Below, piece after piece: positions 18,247-27,887 of a DNA stretch of 44,733 bases. The DNA is from Candidatus Woesearchaeota archaeon. GTDB lineage: Archaea; Nanobdellota; Nanobdellia; Pacearchaeales; GW2011-AR1. The DNA lies in NCBI GenBank assembly GCA_964530955.1, contig CAZHCL010000007.1, positions 1 to 44,733 of the forward strand, given 5' to 3'. The notes below the pieces were generated by a model. That model saw only the letters and a program-made list of their open reading frames with translations. It did not search any database and was not told where the DNA came from. The number at the start of each line of letters is the position of its first letter. Position 1 is the stretch's first letter. The position numbers and the translations under genes are program-made.

Positions 18247-19023
18247 ATGAGAGTATGTGCTTTAGCATCCGGTTCTTCCGGAAATTCGTTTTATATTGAA
18301 GAGGGTAACTCTGCAGTGCTTGTAGATGCAGGACTAAGTGCTAAACAGCTTATTGAAAGAATGCGTGAAAAGAAGATAGATTCTTCAAATTTAAAAGGAA
18401 TATTCATAACACACGAGCATATCGACCATATAAGAGGAGCTGATGTTCTTGCAAGGCAGCTCGATATACCTTTATTCGCAACTCAAAAAACTATATCTAA
18501 TTCGTCTCTTTCATTAAGTAAGTCAAATTTAAAGGAAATTCCCAGCAAGGGTTCTTTTTCATTGGGAAAGCTTAAAATTACTGCTTTTCCTAAATCTCAT
18601 TCAGCTTCTGACCCTGTTTCTTTCCTTATTCAGAGCAGATTGAATAAAAAAAGCGTTGGAGTTATTACTGATTTGGGATACGTATGTGAAAATGTTTCTG
18701 AGGCAGTTTCAAAATCTGATTTTCTTTTTCTTGAATCCAATCATGACATTAAGATGCTCGAGCAGGGGCCTTATTTAGCCTGGCACAAAAAGTGGATATT
18801 GAGCAATGAAGGACACTTATCGAACACTCAGGCAGCTTTATGCATTCTTGAGCATGCAAAACAAGATTTGGGAGGAATTGTTCTTTCTCATTTGAGTAGC
18901 GTAAATAATACTCCCCAGGTAGCTTTGAAGACTTTTAGAAATGTATTGAAAGAAAGAGATAGCTTTTCTCCAATGCTTAAAGTTTCCTTGAAGACTGAGC
19001 CAACAGAGTTTTTTGAGATATAA
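18247..19023 (+). CDS. MBL-fold metallo-hydrolase (YycJ/WalJ-like)
   Basis: LASGSSGNS, THEHIDH, SHSA, TDLG, ESNHD, GHLSN and LSHLS motifs. Confidence 0.9.
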   Translation: MRVCALASGSSGNSFYIEEGNSAVLVDAGLSAKQLIERMREKKIDSSNLKGIFITHEHIDHIRGADVLARQLDIPLFATQKTISNSSLSLSKSNLKEIPSKGSFSLGKLKITAFPKSHSASDPVSFLIQSRLNKKSVGVITDLGYVCENVSEAVSKSDFLFLESNHDIKMLEQGPYLAWHKKWILSNEGHLSNTQAALCILEHAKQDLGGIVLSHLSSVNNTPQVALKTFRNVLKERDSFSPMLKVSLKTEPTEFFEI

Positions 19024-19089
19024 TCTATTACTATTTACCTATTTTTACTCCTAGGGGAAAATTTATAAGCAGGCGGAGGAAATAATATT

Positions 19090-21909
19090 ATGGCATCAAT
19101 AAATGAGAATGAGCAACAGGTACTTGAATTTTGGAGGAAAAATAATACTTTTAAGAAGTCTCTTGATAAGACTAAAAAAGATAAGCCTTACATTTTTTAT
19201 GATGGACCTCCTTTTGCAACAGGAATGCCTCATCATGGCAGCCTTTTAGGTTCAATTACAAAGGATTTGTTTGGAAGATTCTGGACAATGAATGGAAGAT
19301 ATGTAAGAAGAGTCTGGGGATGGGATTGTCATGGTCTTCCTATTGAAACTCTTGCCGAAAAAGGATTAAATATAAATTCAAAGGATGAAATTGAAAAAAT
19401 AGGTGTAAAGAAGTTTAATGATTACTGCAGAAGCAAAGTTTTAGGTTATGTTCATGACTGGAAAGCAGTTATTGAAAGAATTGGGCGCTGGGTAGATATG
19501 GATGATGCATACAAAACTATGGATAATGAATATATTGAGTCTGTCTGGTGGGCTTTCAAGCAGCTTTATGAAAAAGGATATATCTATGAAGGTAAAAAAA
19601 TATTAATGTACTGTCCTAGGTGCTCAACTCCTCTTGCAAAGGCTGAAATCGCAATGGATAATTCTTACAAAGTTGTTAAGGATGATACTATTGTTGTTAA
19701 ATTTAAGTTGAAGAACGAAGAGGGTTATGCTCTTGCCTGGACAACCACTCCTTGGACTTTGCCCTCCAACCTTGCTTTGACAGTTAATCCAAAGTTGAAA
19801 TATTGCTATATCAAAGATAAATCTGATGGGAATGTATACCTTCTTGCAAAAGACCTTGTTTACAAGTTTTATAAAAATCCAGAGGAATATAATATTTTAA
19901 AGGAAGTTTCAGGAAAAGAGCTGGAAGGTAAGGAATTCGAGCCTCTTTTTCCCTATTTTAAAGGAACTAAGAATGCTTTTAAGATATTATTGGGTGATTT
20001 TGTAACCGAGGAAGAAGGTACTGGGATAGTTCATACCGCTCCTGCTTTTGGAGAAGAAGACTACGATGTCTGCTTGAAATATAAAATCCCTATTGTTGAG
20101 CCCGTTGATGAAAAAGGTCTTTTTACAAAAGAAGTTAGTGATTTTGAAGGGAGATACGTTCATGATTCAAATAAGGATATAATTGAATTTTTAAAGAAGC
20201 AGGGCAAGATAGTTTCAATCAAGAAAATTGATCATGAGTATCCTTTCTGTTATAGATGTGAAACTAAATTGATTTATAGAGCTTTGCCTGCCTGGTTTGT
20301 AAATATTCAGAAAGTAAAGCCTAAACTTTTAAAACTGAACAAAAAACTAAATTGGCACCCTGAATTCTTGAAGGAAGGAAGAGTAAAACATACTATTGAA
20401 ACTGCTCCTGACTGGAATATCTCTAGGAATAGATATTGGGCTTCTGCAATACCTATCTGGCAGTCGAAGGATGGAGATAAGATAGTAATAGGAAGTATTG
20501 AAGAACTTAAAAAGTATGCAAAAAATCTTCCCAAAGAAAAGATTGACTTGCATAAGGATTTTCTTGATGAAATTGTTTTAGTAAAGAATAAAAAAGAATA
20601 TTTTAGGATACCTGAAGTTCTTGACTGCTGGTTTGAGAGTGGAAGTATGACTTTTGCCCAGTTTCATTACCCTTTTGAAAATAAGGAATTTTTTGAGAAA
20701 AACTTCCCTGCTCAATTCGTTGCAGAATATATTGGACAGGTTAGGGCCTGGTTTTATTATATGCTTGTTTTATCTACCATATTATTTGAGGATATTCCTT
20801 TTGAAAATGTGGTTACTACTGGAACTATTCTTGCGGAAGATGGTCAAAAATTAAGCAAAAGCAAAAATAATTTCACTGATCCAATGAAATTGTTTGAAAA
20901 ATATGGAGCAGATGCATTTAGATTCTATTTAATGGAAAGTCCTGTGATGAATGCCGAGAATGTCAATTTCCTCGACAAAGGAATAGATGAAGTATACAAG
21001 AAAGTTCTTGTTCTTATTTACAACGTCAATAACTTTTATAAATTGTATGATTCAATACCCGTCTCTAAAAATATCAAGAGTAAGAATATTATGGATACTT
21101 GGATTATTTCAAGAGTAAATGAACTTAATTTGAATGTTGAAAATTATTTGAAAGATTATAATACTGTAAAAGCATGTGATGAAATAAAAAAATTCATAGA
21201 TGAACTCTCCACATGGTATATCAGAAGGTCAAGGGATAGATTTAATGAGTCTGATTCTGAAGCAAAATCAGTTTTAAATTATGTTTTGGGAAGATTTTCC
21301 AAGATCACTGCTCCAATTATGCCTTTTGTCAGCGAAATAATCTATCAAAGTGTTGTTGACAAGAATAATTCTGTTCATCTGCAGGATTGGCCTAAAGCTG
21401 AAACTAAAAAAATACTTTCTGATGTAAATGAGAATATGGAAAAGGTAAGAGAAGTGGTTTCCATGGCTCTAAAGGAAAGAGATAAACTTAGAATTTCTCT
21501 TAAACAACCTTTGGCGGAGCTTAAGGTTTCTGGATTTGCCCTTGGGAAAGAATATATTGAACTCATTGGAGATGAAGTTAATGTTAAAAAAGTTAGTTTA
21601 ACTGGCTCAAAGGAAAAGAAAGTTGAACTTGATACAAAACTGACTCCTGAGCTTGAGGCGGAGGGATATGCAAGAGAATTTTCAAGGAATATTCAGACTA
21701 TGAGGAAAGAGGCAGGCTTACAGAGGTCAGATTTCATCAGTTTAATTGTCAATTGCAGTCCAAAAATGAAGTCAATTTTGAATAAGAATATTCACTTCCT
21801 TATAGAGAGAACAAATTCAAAAAAAATTGAATTTTCCGACGTGAAATTGAATGGGGAGAGTAAGAACTTTTTGATAAAAGAGGAAGAAATAAATATCAAA
21901 TTTTTGTAA
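19090..21909 (+). CDS. ileS: Isoleucyl-tRNA synthetase, type 2
   Basis: DGPPFATG, GWDCHGLP, WTTTPWTLP, GTGIVH, WNISRNRYW and KLSKS motifs; the HIGH position reads HHGS. Confidence 0.95.
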   Translation: MASINENEQQVLEFWRKNNTFKKSLDKTKKDKPYIFYDGPPFATGMPHHGSLLGSITKDLFGRFWTMNGRYVRRVWGWDCHGLPIETLAEKGLNINSKDEIEKIGVKKFNDYCRSKVLGYVHDWKAVIERIGRWVDMDDAYKTMDNEYIESVWWAFKQLYEKGYIYEGKKILMYCPRCSTPLAKAEIAMDNSYKVVKDDTIVVKFKLKNEEGYALAWTTTPWTLPSNLALTVNPKLKYCYIKDKSDGNVYLLAKDLVYKFYKNPEEYNILKEVSGKELEGKEFEPLFPYFKGTKNAFKILLGDFVTEEEGTGIVHTAPAFGEEDYDVCLKYKIPIVEPVDEKGLFTKEVSDFEGRYVHDSNKDIIEFLKKQGKIVSIKKIDHEYPFCYRCETKLIYRALPAWFVNIQKVKPKLLKLNKKLNWHPEFLKEGRVKHTIETAPDWNISRNRYWASAIPIWQSKDGDKIVIGSIEELKKYAKNLPKEKIDLHKDFLDEIVLVKNKKEYFRIPEVLDCWFESGSMTFAQFHYPFENKEFFEKNFPAQFVAEYIGQVRAWFYYMLVLSTILFEDIPFENVVTTGTILAEDGQKLSKSKNNFTDPMKLFEKYGADAFRFYLMESPVMNAENVNFLDKGIDEVYKKVLVLIYNVNNFYKLYDSIPVSKNIKSKNIMDTWIISRVNELNLNVENYLKDYNTVKACDEIKKFIDELSTWYIRRSRDRFNESDSEAKSVLNYVLGRFSKITAPIMPFVSEIIYQSVVDKNNSVHLQDWPKAETKKILSDVNENMEKVREVVSMALKERDKLRISLKQPLAELKVSGFALGKEYIELIGDEVNVKKVSLTGSKEKKVELDTKLTPELEAEGYAREFSRNIQTMRKEAGLQRSDFISLIVNCSPKMKSILNKNIHFLIERTNSKKIEFSDVKLNGESKNFLIKEEEINIKFL

Positions 21910-21929
21910 TTTAATAGGAATACAAACTG

Positions 21930-21945
21930 GAAAAAGATTTAAATA
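21930..21945 (+). promoter_or_regulatory. BRE/TATA promoter of the TrmB-like gene
   Basis: GAAAAAGATTTAAATA about 41 nt upstream of ATG 21987, with a purine-rich RBS between. Confidence 0.65.
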
Positions 21946-21986
21946 CTCCTGTTCATTAAAAAATTAAGAGAGGATGATAATATATC

Positions 21987-22820
21987 ATGATAATTAAGGA
22001 AGAATTTTTAAGCAGGTTAAGGAAGATTTTCGATTTAAATTTGTATGAGGCTCGTGTTTGGACTGCTCTTCTTTCAAGAGGCGTTTCAACTGCAGGCGAA
22101 TTAAGTAATATTTCTGATGTTCCAAGATCAAGGACTTATGACATTTTAGAGTCTCTTGAGAAGAAGGGATTTATTGTTATGAGAATAGGTAAACCAATAA
22201 AGTTTGTTGCTCTTAAGCCTGAAGAAGTAATTGAAAGGGTAAAGAGAAATCTTGTTGTTAATGCTCAGGAAAAGAGCAAGAGATTGGAGAAATTAAGAAA
22301 GGATGAGGTTCTTGAAGAGTTGAATTCTCTTTATACCAATGGAGTTAAGTTTGTTGAGCCTTCTGATCTTTCTGGAAGTTTGCGTGGAAGACAGAATATG
22401 TACAATCATCTTGATATGATGATAAGAAGTTCTGAAAAGACGATTACAATTGTTACAACTGCTGAAGGTCTTAATAGAAAGATTGAGATGCTTTCTCCTG
22501 CTTTGGAAAAGGCAAAGAAGAGAGGCGTTGTTGTCAGAGTTGCTGCTCCTATAGTAAATGAGAACTTGAGAGTTGCTAAAGAATTGTCCAAGTTTGCAGA
22601 GGTTAGAGATTCTTCAGGTCTTGGATTGCAGGGAAGATTTGTAATAATTGATTCTGAGGAGATGATGTTCATGCTTCTTGATGATAAGACAGTTCATCCA
22701 AACTATGATGTTGCAGTCTGGCTGTCAACAGAATTTTTCGCTCGTGCTTTAGAGCAGTTGTTTGAGGTTGCTTGGAAGGAATTGACTCCACTTGCAAAAG
22801 CAGTTATAAAGTCCAGATAA
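21987..22820 (+). CDS. TrmB-family transcription regulator / chromatin protein (wHTH plus PLD-like effector domain)
   Basis: LNLYEARVWTALL..TAGELS..SDVPRSRTYDILESLEKKGF; C-terminal GRFVIIDSEE. Confidence 0.9.
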   Translation: MIIKEEFLSRLRKIFDLNLYEARVWTALLSRGVSTAGELSNISDVPRSRTYDILESLEKKGFIVMRIGKPIKFVALKPEEVIERVKRNLVVNAQEKSKRLEKLRKDEVLEELNSLYTNGVKFVEPSDLSGSLRGRQNMYNHLDMMIRSSEKTITIVTTAEGLNRKIEMLSPALEKAKKRGVVVRVAAPIVNENLRVAKELSKFAEVRDSSGLGLQGRFVIIDSEEMMFMLLDDKTVHPNYDVAVWLSTEFFARALEQLFEVAWKELTPLAKAVIKSR

Positions 22821-22835
22821 TTTTTTTAGTTTCTT
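22821..22835 (+). terminator. Oligo-T tract, likely archaeal terminator
   Basis: TTTTTTTAGTTTCTT immediately after the stop codon, between convergent genes. Confidence 0.45.
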
Positions 22836-22874
22836 GATTGTATTAATTAGCAATTTTATTTTGGGAATATTATT

Positions 22875-23609
22875 CTATTGGTAAAATCCTTCTCTTACTT
22901 TATCTTTTGTCCAGTTAAGCAAATCAATACATCTGTCTAACTTTTTGGTATGTTCGCCAAGACCATGTCTTTTCAAACAATCAGAGGATGCTTCTATCAA
23001 TCCCAAGCCATCTTCCAATGATAAAGAATTACCTCTTGCATCAAATACTTTTATACTCTTCATTCTTTCTCTTTCAATTTTTTCATCTCCTTTAGTATTA
23101 TAAAAAAATAATTTGCCTTTAGGTAGACCGAGGCTTAACTGCATAGTATGTGTAAACTCTTCTGATGCGCCATTGCTAAACTCCCAACCAGGGCTCATGT
23201 GAACTTCAGTGCATTTTTCAGCGATAATACTTAACCAAAGAGCTTGAAAATGTGATTGTTCCCATTCTTGTCTGACAGGTACCATATCTGCTGGAAAAAC
23301 AATAGGTATTTTTAATCGTGATGCCAATGATTTAACAAACTTATAACCTTGGGAGTAATTATCTTCTATTATTTCTTGCATAAACTCTTTGCTAGGCTTA
23401 TCTGATACCTGATGTTTAAGCAATCTTTCATAAAGTAGTCTACCTGAAGTAATTGGAACGCTTACATAAGCTAAACCATTAAAATTGGTTATACTTCTTA
23501 AAACTCGCATAGCGTTATGCACAACAGCTGCCTCGGGGGTTTTTTGATTCCAAACTTCATTTTTATATGCATACCAAAGAGAATTATCTTCTAAACAATT
23601 ACCTATCAT
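22875..23609 (-). CDS. DUF4406-like / nucleoside-deoxyribosyltransferase-fold protein, 244 aa
   Basis: AYVSVPITSG, IVFPAD and CTEVHMSPGWEFSNGASEE match the DUF4406 pattern (Y.SGP.T ... L.GWE.S.GA..E). Confidence 0.55.
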   Translation of the reverse strand: MIGNCLEDNSLWYAYKNEVWNQKTPEAAVVHNAMRVLRSITNFNGLAYVSVPITSGRLLYERLLKHQVSDKPSKEFMQEIIEDNYSQGYKFVKSLASRLKIPIVFPADMVPVRQEWEQSHFQALWLSIIAEKCTEVHMSPGWEFSNGASEEFTHTMQLSLGLPKGKLFFYNTKGDEKIERERMKSIKVFDARGNSLSLEDGLGLIEASSDCLKRHGLGEHTKKLDRCIDLLNWTKDKVREGFYQ

Positions 23610-23706
23610 AATTTCTTACTCTTTAAGGTGTTTAAATAGACTTTGTCAAAAAGATATATATTTTCTAGTTACATATTAGTGATTATTTAATCTCTAAGCC
23701 TAATAA

Positions 23707-24030
23707 TCAGCTAAAACTGTTATCTACAGCCTCTAGAATTTGTTCTTTGTTCATTGCTCCGACAGAAGCATGGACTATTTCTCCGTCCTGGATAAATATT
23801 GTTGTTGGGATGCTCATTACCTTGAATTTGTTTGCAAGTTCATAGTTCTCATCAACATTTACTTTTGCAAAGTTTACTTTTCCTTTCAATTCTTTTGCAG
23901 CAGAATCGAAATTAGGAGCCATTATCTTGCATGGACCGCACCAGGTAGCCCAGAAATCAATAGCCCACTTTCCTTTTTTAGTTTCCTTATCAAAATTGCT
24001 TTCAGTTAACTCGGTGGTATTTTCGCTCAT
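23707..24030 (-). CDS. trxA: Thioredoxin
   Basis: DFWATWCGPCK active site and SIPT cis-Pro motif. Confidence 0.95.
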   Translation of the reverse strand: MSENTTELTESNFDKETKKGKWAIDFWATWCGPCKIMAPNFDSAAKELKGKVNFAKVNVDENYELANKFKVMSIPTTIFIQDGEIVHASVGAMNKEQILEAVDNSFS

Positions 24031-24154
24031 TTTATTCTTTTTTATTTTTAATATATTTATTTTAAAAACTTGCTTAATAAATCTTGTTATTAACCTTGAA
24101 GTGATATATTTTTCACTACGTGATTTTCTTTAGCGATAGACAGTTCATCAGTCA

Positions 24155-24526
24155 TTATCCGAACAATTTTATTGCTTGAATCAATTTGCTTATGCTAACA
24201 TAACCGTAAAATCCGATTAAGCAGGCAATTACTAACCAATTTAACCATCCGATACTTGATAGCATATTCTTAACTCCATAGATAAGCATCCCTACGAATA
24301 ATAAATTATATCCTAAATAAAGCAACCAGCTCCATGTATTATCTATATTAATTTCTTTCAATAGATAAGAAATAAGAATAAAACTTATAAAAAATCCTCC
24401 CACTGAAATAAGATTAAACTCATTTGTAGATAAAATCATTAATGCGATAAATACTCCTAATGATGTAAATATACCTGAGTTAGACTCCATATAGTCTTTT
24501 AATTCTTTTGATACTTTTTTGTTCAT
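24155..24526 (-). CDS. Small four-TM membrane protein, probably co-transcribed with nrdJ
   Basis: Four hydrophobic segments; starts 2 nt after the nrdJ stop. Confidence 0.65.
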   Translation of the reverse strand: MNKKVSKELKDYMESNSGIFTSLGVFIALMILSTNEFNLISVGGFFISFILISYLLKEINIDNTWSWLLYLGYNLLFVGMLIYGVKNMLSSIGWLNWLVIACLIGFYGYVSISKLIQAIKLFG

Positions 24527-24528
24527 TT

Positions 24529-27360
24529 TTACTCACCACAGCCAGATCTTGTTGTCTGTTTACAGGAAGTGCAGTATATTGAACAATTCCCAAGACGCTT
24601 TGCTGCCCCACCGCAATGAGGGCAGGTAAGACCTTCGTCAGCGAATTCAGTCAAGGCTTTTTGCTCTTCGTCTTTTATTGGCGCTGTTTCAAGAGTTTTT
24701 ATTTCAAATTCTACCTTTCCCTCTCCGCTTCCAGAAATGAAACTATTAAGCATAAACTGTGCAACATAGTCTACTATTGACGAAGCTGTTCTGATAACTA
24801 TTTTATTCTGGTCAAGCTCTCCAGGCCTTCCGTTTTTAACGAATCCAGAAGGCTCGAACTTCTGATGCCTGAATTTTCCGAATAAGTCCGTAACAGTTGC
24901 TCCATATTGGAGATTCAGTGAAACTGAGGTAGCCCAGGCATCCATTAATCCTCTTATTGTAGAACCTTGCTTGTGCATTGTTATAAACAATTCGCCTGGC
25001 TTTCCATCATCATAGAGACCAACAGTTATGTATCCTTCATGTCCAGCAATATCAAACTTATGAGTTAGAGATTTATGTGTTTGAGGTAATTTCTTTCTTT
25101 CAGCTCTTTCTGCAATAGCAATGACTTTTTTCTTTATCATTTCTCCTTCTGTTTTTTGTGTGTTAAGCGGCTGGCTTCTCTTACTATTTTCTCTGTAGAT
25201 AGCAACTGCTTTCAACCCCTCTTCCCAGGCGAATGTATATGCATCAGCAATTTCAGCAACTGTTGATTGTTCAGGCATGTTTATTGTCTTACTTATCGCT
25301 CCTGATATGAATGGCTGTGTTACTGCCATCATTTTTATATGGCCCTTATATTGGATTGATCTTTTTCCTTTTGCTGGTTTGAATGCACAGTCAAAAACAG
25401 ATAAATGCTCATCTCTTATCCATGGAGCCCCTTCAATCATATCATTTTTATCAACATAATCAATGATATCCTTTATCTGGGTTTCACTATATCCAAGATT
25501 TCTCAATGCGAGTGGAACTCCCCTATTTACAATCTTAAGCATACCCCCTCCGGAAAGAACTTTATATTTAACAAGAGCAATATCTGGCTCAATTCCAGTT
25601 GTATCGCAATCCATCATGAATGCAATTGTTCCTGTGGGAGCAAGAACAGTTGCCTGTGCATTTCTAAATCCATATTTCTCACCTATTTCAATAGCATCGC
25701 TCCAGGAATCCCAAGCATCATTTACAAGATTTTTGAAATTAGAGGGCATCTTAACAACATCAATTTTCTTTACATTTTCTCTGTGCATATTCATCACTTC
25801 AAGCATTGAATCCCTATTTTTCATATATCCGGGAAAAGGACCGACAAGCGCTGATAATTCGGCAGAGGTTTTGTATGCTTCTCCGCACATTATGGCAGTT
25901 ATTGCTGCTGCTACTGCTCTCCCTTCATCCGAGTCATAGGGAAGACCATAGCTCATTAACAATGCACCGAGATTTGCATATCCTAAACCAAGAGGTCTGT
26001 AATCTCTGGAATTTCTCGCTATCAGCTCAGCAGGATAACTGCTTCCATCAACTGCTAATTCCATAGCAATTATCATTGTTCTTACTACTTTTCTGAAGCT
26101 TTCAACATCGAATCCTCCCTCTGATGTTCTGAATTTCATTAAATTGATTGAAGCCAGATTGCAGGCAGAATCGTCTAAAAACATATACTCTGAACATGGA
26201 TTACTTGCATTTATTCTTCCCGAATTTTTGCAGGTGTGATATTTGTTAATTATGGTGTCAAACTGCATTCCTGGGTCTCCGCATATCCAGGTTCCTTCAG
26301 CCATTTTATTTATTATGTCTTTTGCTTTAAATGTTTCGCATGGCTTGCCGTCTTTTACAAATCTTGTCTGCCATTCTCCATCTTTCTTTACTGCTTCCAT
26401 GAATGAATCAGGAACTCTGACGGACATGTTGCAGTTTTGAAAACAGACACTTCCGTATGCTTCTCCATTCATTCCTCCCGAATATCCCTGTTCAATTAAT
26501 GCCCATGCTTTCTTTTCTTCATTTTGTTTTGCAAGAACGAACTCCATTATATCTGGATGTTCAACATTGAGTATTTCCATTTTGGCTGCTCTTCTTGTCT
26601 TTCCGCCAGACTTGATTATGTTTGCATATGCATCGTAACCTTTCATGAAGCTTACTGGTCCAGATGCTCTGCCCCCTCCAGTTATTCTTTCTTTAGAACT
26701 TCTTAAAGCAGATCTATTTGAGCCAGTTCCGCTTCCTGCTTTGAATAAGACTGCTTCAGATGTTTGAAGTGCAAGAATTGCTTCCATATCGTCTTTTGCA
26801 CTTTGAATAAAACAGGCTGAGCATTGAGGTCTGTCATCACTTTTATTAGCATGGATGATTTTATCTGTAGCAGAATCCCACTTGAATGCAGAAACTCCTC
26901 CTGCTTCTTTATTATATTCCCATATTCCTGCATTAAACCAAACTGGAGAATTGAAAATAGCCAATTGATTTAGGCAAATAGCTGAAAGTTCATCTTTCAG
27001 TATGTTTGCTTGCTCTTGAGTGAAATATCCTTGATTTATTGACTGTCTTGAAAAATATCTTGCAACTCTTCCAATAAGCATCTCAACCGAATTTTCTCTT
27101 TCATTCTTGATTTGGTCGCCCCAGAAATATTTGCTTGCAACTACTTTTATTGCTAAAGTGCTCCAAAAGTCAGGTCTTCTTACGGAAGGTTGGACAAAAA
27201 TGACTTTTCCTAGGTCATCTGTGACTTTTACTTCTTCTGCTAGCCAATTTATCTTATTACCTAAAGGATCGTATTCAAATGGGCTTTTTCCTTCTTTTGT
27301 GAAATATCTAGGAATATCCATCTTTTTCAAACCAAGCTGTTGAAGTCTTTCGGGTGTCAT
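24529..27360 (-). CDS. nrdJ: Class II (adenosylcobalamin-dependent) ribonucleotide reductase with C-terminal TSCPD/NrdJb-like and Zn-finger regions
   Basis: FNSPVWFN, PQCSACFI, NASNPCSEY, APTGTI, GAISKTIN and YRENSK motifs; CPHC..CTSC at the C-terminus; no ATP-cone. Confidence 0.95.
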   Translation of the reverse strand: MTPERLQQLGLKKMDIPRYFTKEGKSPFEYDPLGNKINWLAEEVKVTDDLGKVIFVQPSVRRPDFWSTLAIKVVASKYFWGDQIKNERENSVEMLIGRVARYFSRQSINQGYFTQEQANILKDELSAICLNQLAIFNSPVWFNAGIWEYNKEAGGVSAFKWDSATDKIIHANKSDDRPQCSACFIQSAKDDMEAILALQTSEAVLFKAGSGTGSNRSALRSSKERITGGGRASGPVSFMKGYDAYANIIKSGGKTRRAAKMEILNVEHPDIMEFVLAKQNEEKKAWALIEQGYSGGMNGEAYGSVCFQNCNMSVRVPDSFMEAVKKDGEWQTRFVKDGKPCETFKAKDIINKMAEGTWICGDPGMQFDTIINKYHTCKNSGRINASNPCSEYMFLDDSACNLASINLMKFRTSEGGFDVESFRKVVRTMIIAMELAVDGSSYPAELIARNSRDYRPLGLGYANLGALLMSYGLPYDSDEGRAVAAAITAIMCGEAYKTSAELSALVGPFPGYMKNRDSMLEVMNMHRENVKKIDVVKMPSNFKNLVNDAWDSWSDAIEIGEKYGFRNAQATVLAPTGTIAFMMDCDTTGIEPDIALVKYKVLSGGGMLKIVNRGVPLALRNLGYSETQIKDIIDYVDKNDMIEGAPWIRDEHLSVFDCAFKPAKGKRSIQYKGHIKMMAVTQPFISGAISKTINMPEQSTVAEIADAYTFAWEEGLKAVAIYRENSKRSQPLNTQKTEGEMIKKKVIAIAERAERKKLPQTHKSLTHKFDIAGHEGYITVGLYDDGKPGELFITMHKQGSTIRGLMDAWATSVSLNLQYGATVTDLFGKFRHQKFEPSGFVKNGRPGELDQNKIVIRTASSIVDYVAQFMLNSFISGSGEGKVEFEIKTLETAPIKDEEQKALTEFADEGLTCPHCGGAAKRLGNCSIYCTSCKQTTRSGCGE

Positions 27361-27800
27361 TTTCCAACAAGCTCCTTTATTTCTTTCTTAAAATCAGATA
27401 TGTCTGTGAAATCATGATACACTGAAGCGAATCTTATGTAAGCAACTTTGTCAGCTTTCTTCAGCTCTTTAGAAACAAACTCTCCAATCACCTTGGTTTC
27501 GACTTCTTTTCCCATTTTTCTTATTTTGTCTTCAATTTTGACCACCATATTATCAATCTTCTCAGAGCTTATCGGTCTTTTCTCGCAAGCTCTTATTATT
27601 CCTTTCTTTATCTTTTCCCTATCGAAAGGCTCTCTTCGACCGTCTTTCTTGATTACTCTGAGGTTTATCTCCTCTAACGCTTCTATGGTGTTAAAGCGCT
27701 TGGAGCATTTTTCGCATTCTCTTCTGCGTTTTGTTATGCCTCCACTATCCCTTTTGTCAACGACCTTTGTTTCGGGCGACAGGCAATAGGGGCATATCAT
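27357..27800 (-). CDS. nrdR: Transcriptional repressor NrdR (Zn ribbon plus ATP cone)
   Basis: MICPYC..TKVVDKR...RRRECEKC.KRFNTIE, VIKKDGRREPFDREK, VAYIRFASVY; 4-nt overlap with nrdJ. Confidence 0.95.
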   Translation of the reverse strand: MICPYCLSPETKVVDKRDSGGITKRRRECEKCSKRFNTIEALEEINLRVIKKDGRREPFDREKIKKGIIRACEKRPISSEKIDNMVVKIEDKIRKMGKEVETKVIGEFVSKELKKADKVAYIRFASVYHDFTDISDFKKEIKELVGK

Positions 27801-27807
27801 TTTTTTA

Positions 27808-27823
27808 TCACAACCCCTTGTGT
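27808..27823. promoter_or_regulatory. NrdR box 1 (TCACAA-CCCC-TTGTGT)
   Basis: Matches the arms of the 16-bp palindromic NrdR consensus acaCwAtATaTwGtgt; 7 nt upstream of the nrdR start. Confidence 0.7.
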
Positions 27824-27839
27824 TTTTTTTGCATTTCTA

Positions 27840-27855
27840 ACACAACTGATTGTAT
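27840..27855. promoter_or_regulatory. NrdR box 2 (ACACAA-CTGA-TTGTAT)
   Basis: Second match exactly 32 bp from box 1, a spacing typical of tandem NrdR boxes. Confidence 0.7.
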
Positions 27856-27879
27856 TTCTTCTTTGCCAACTGAGATTAG

Positions 27880-27887
27880 TATTTAAA
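27880..27887 (-). promoter_or_regulatory. TATA box of the nrdR-nrdJ operon
   Basis: TTTAAATA on the minus strand, 24 nt before NrdR box 2. Confidence 0.65.

Noticed and set aside
24100-24117. AGTGA-N8-TCACT hairpin upstream of trxA as an NrdR box
   Set aside because: Does not match the NrdR consensus, is single, and 5-bp arms are expected by chance.
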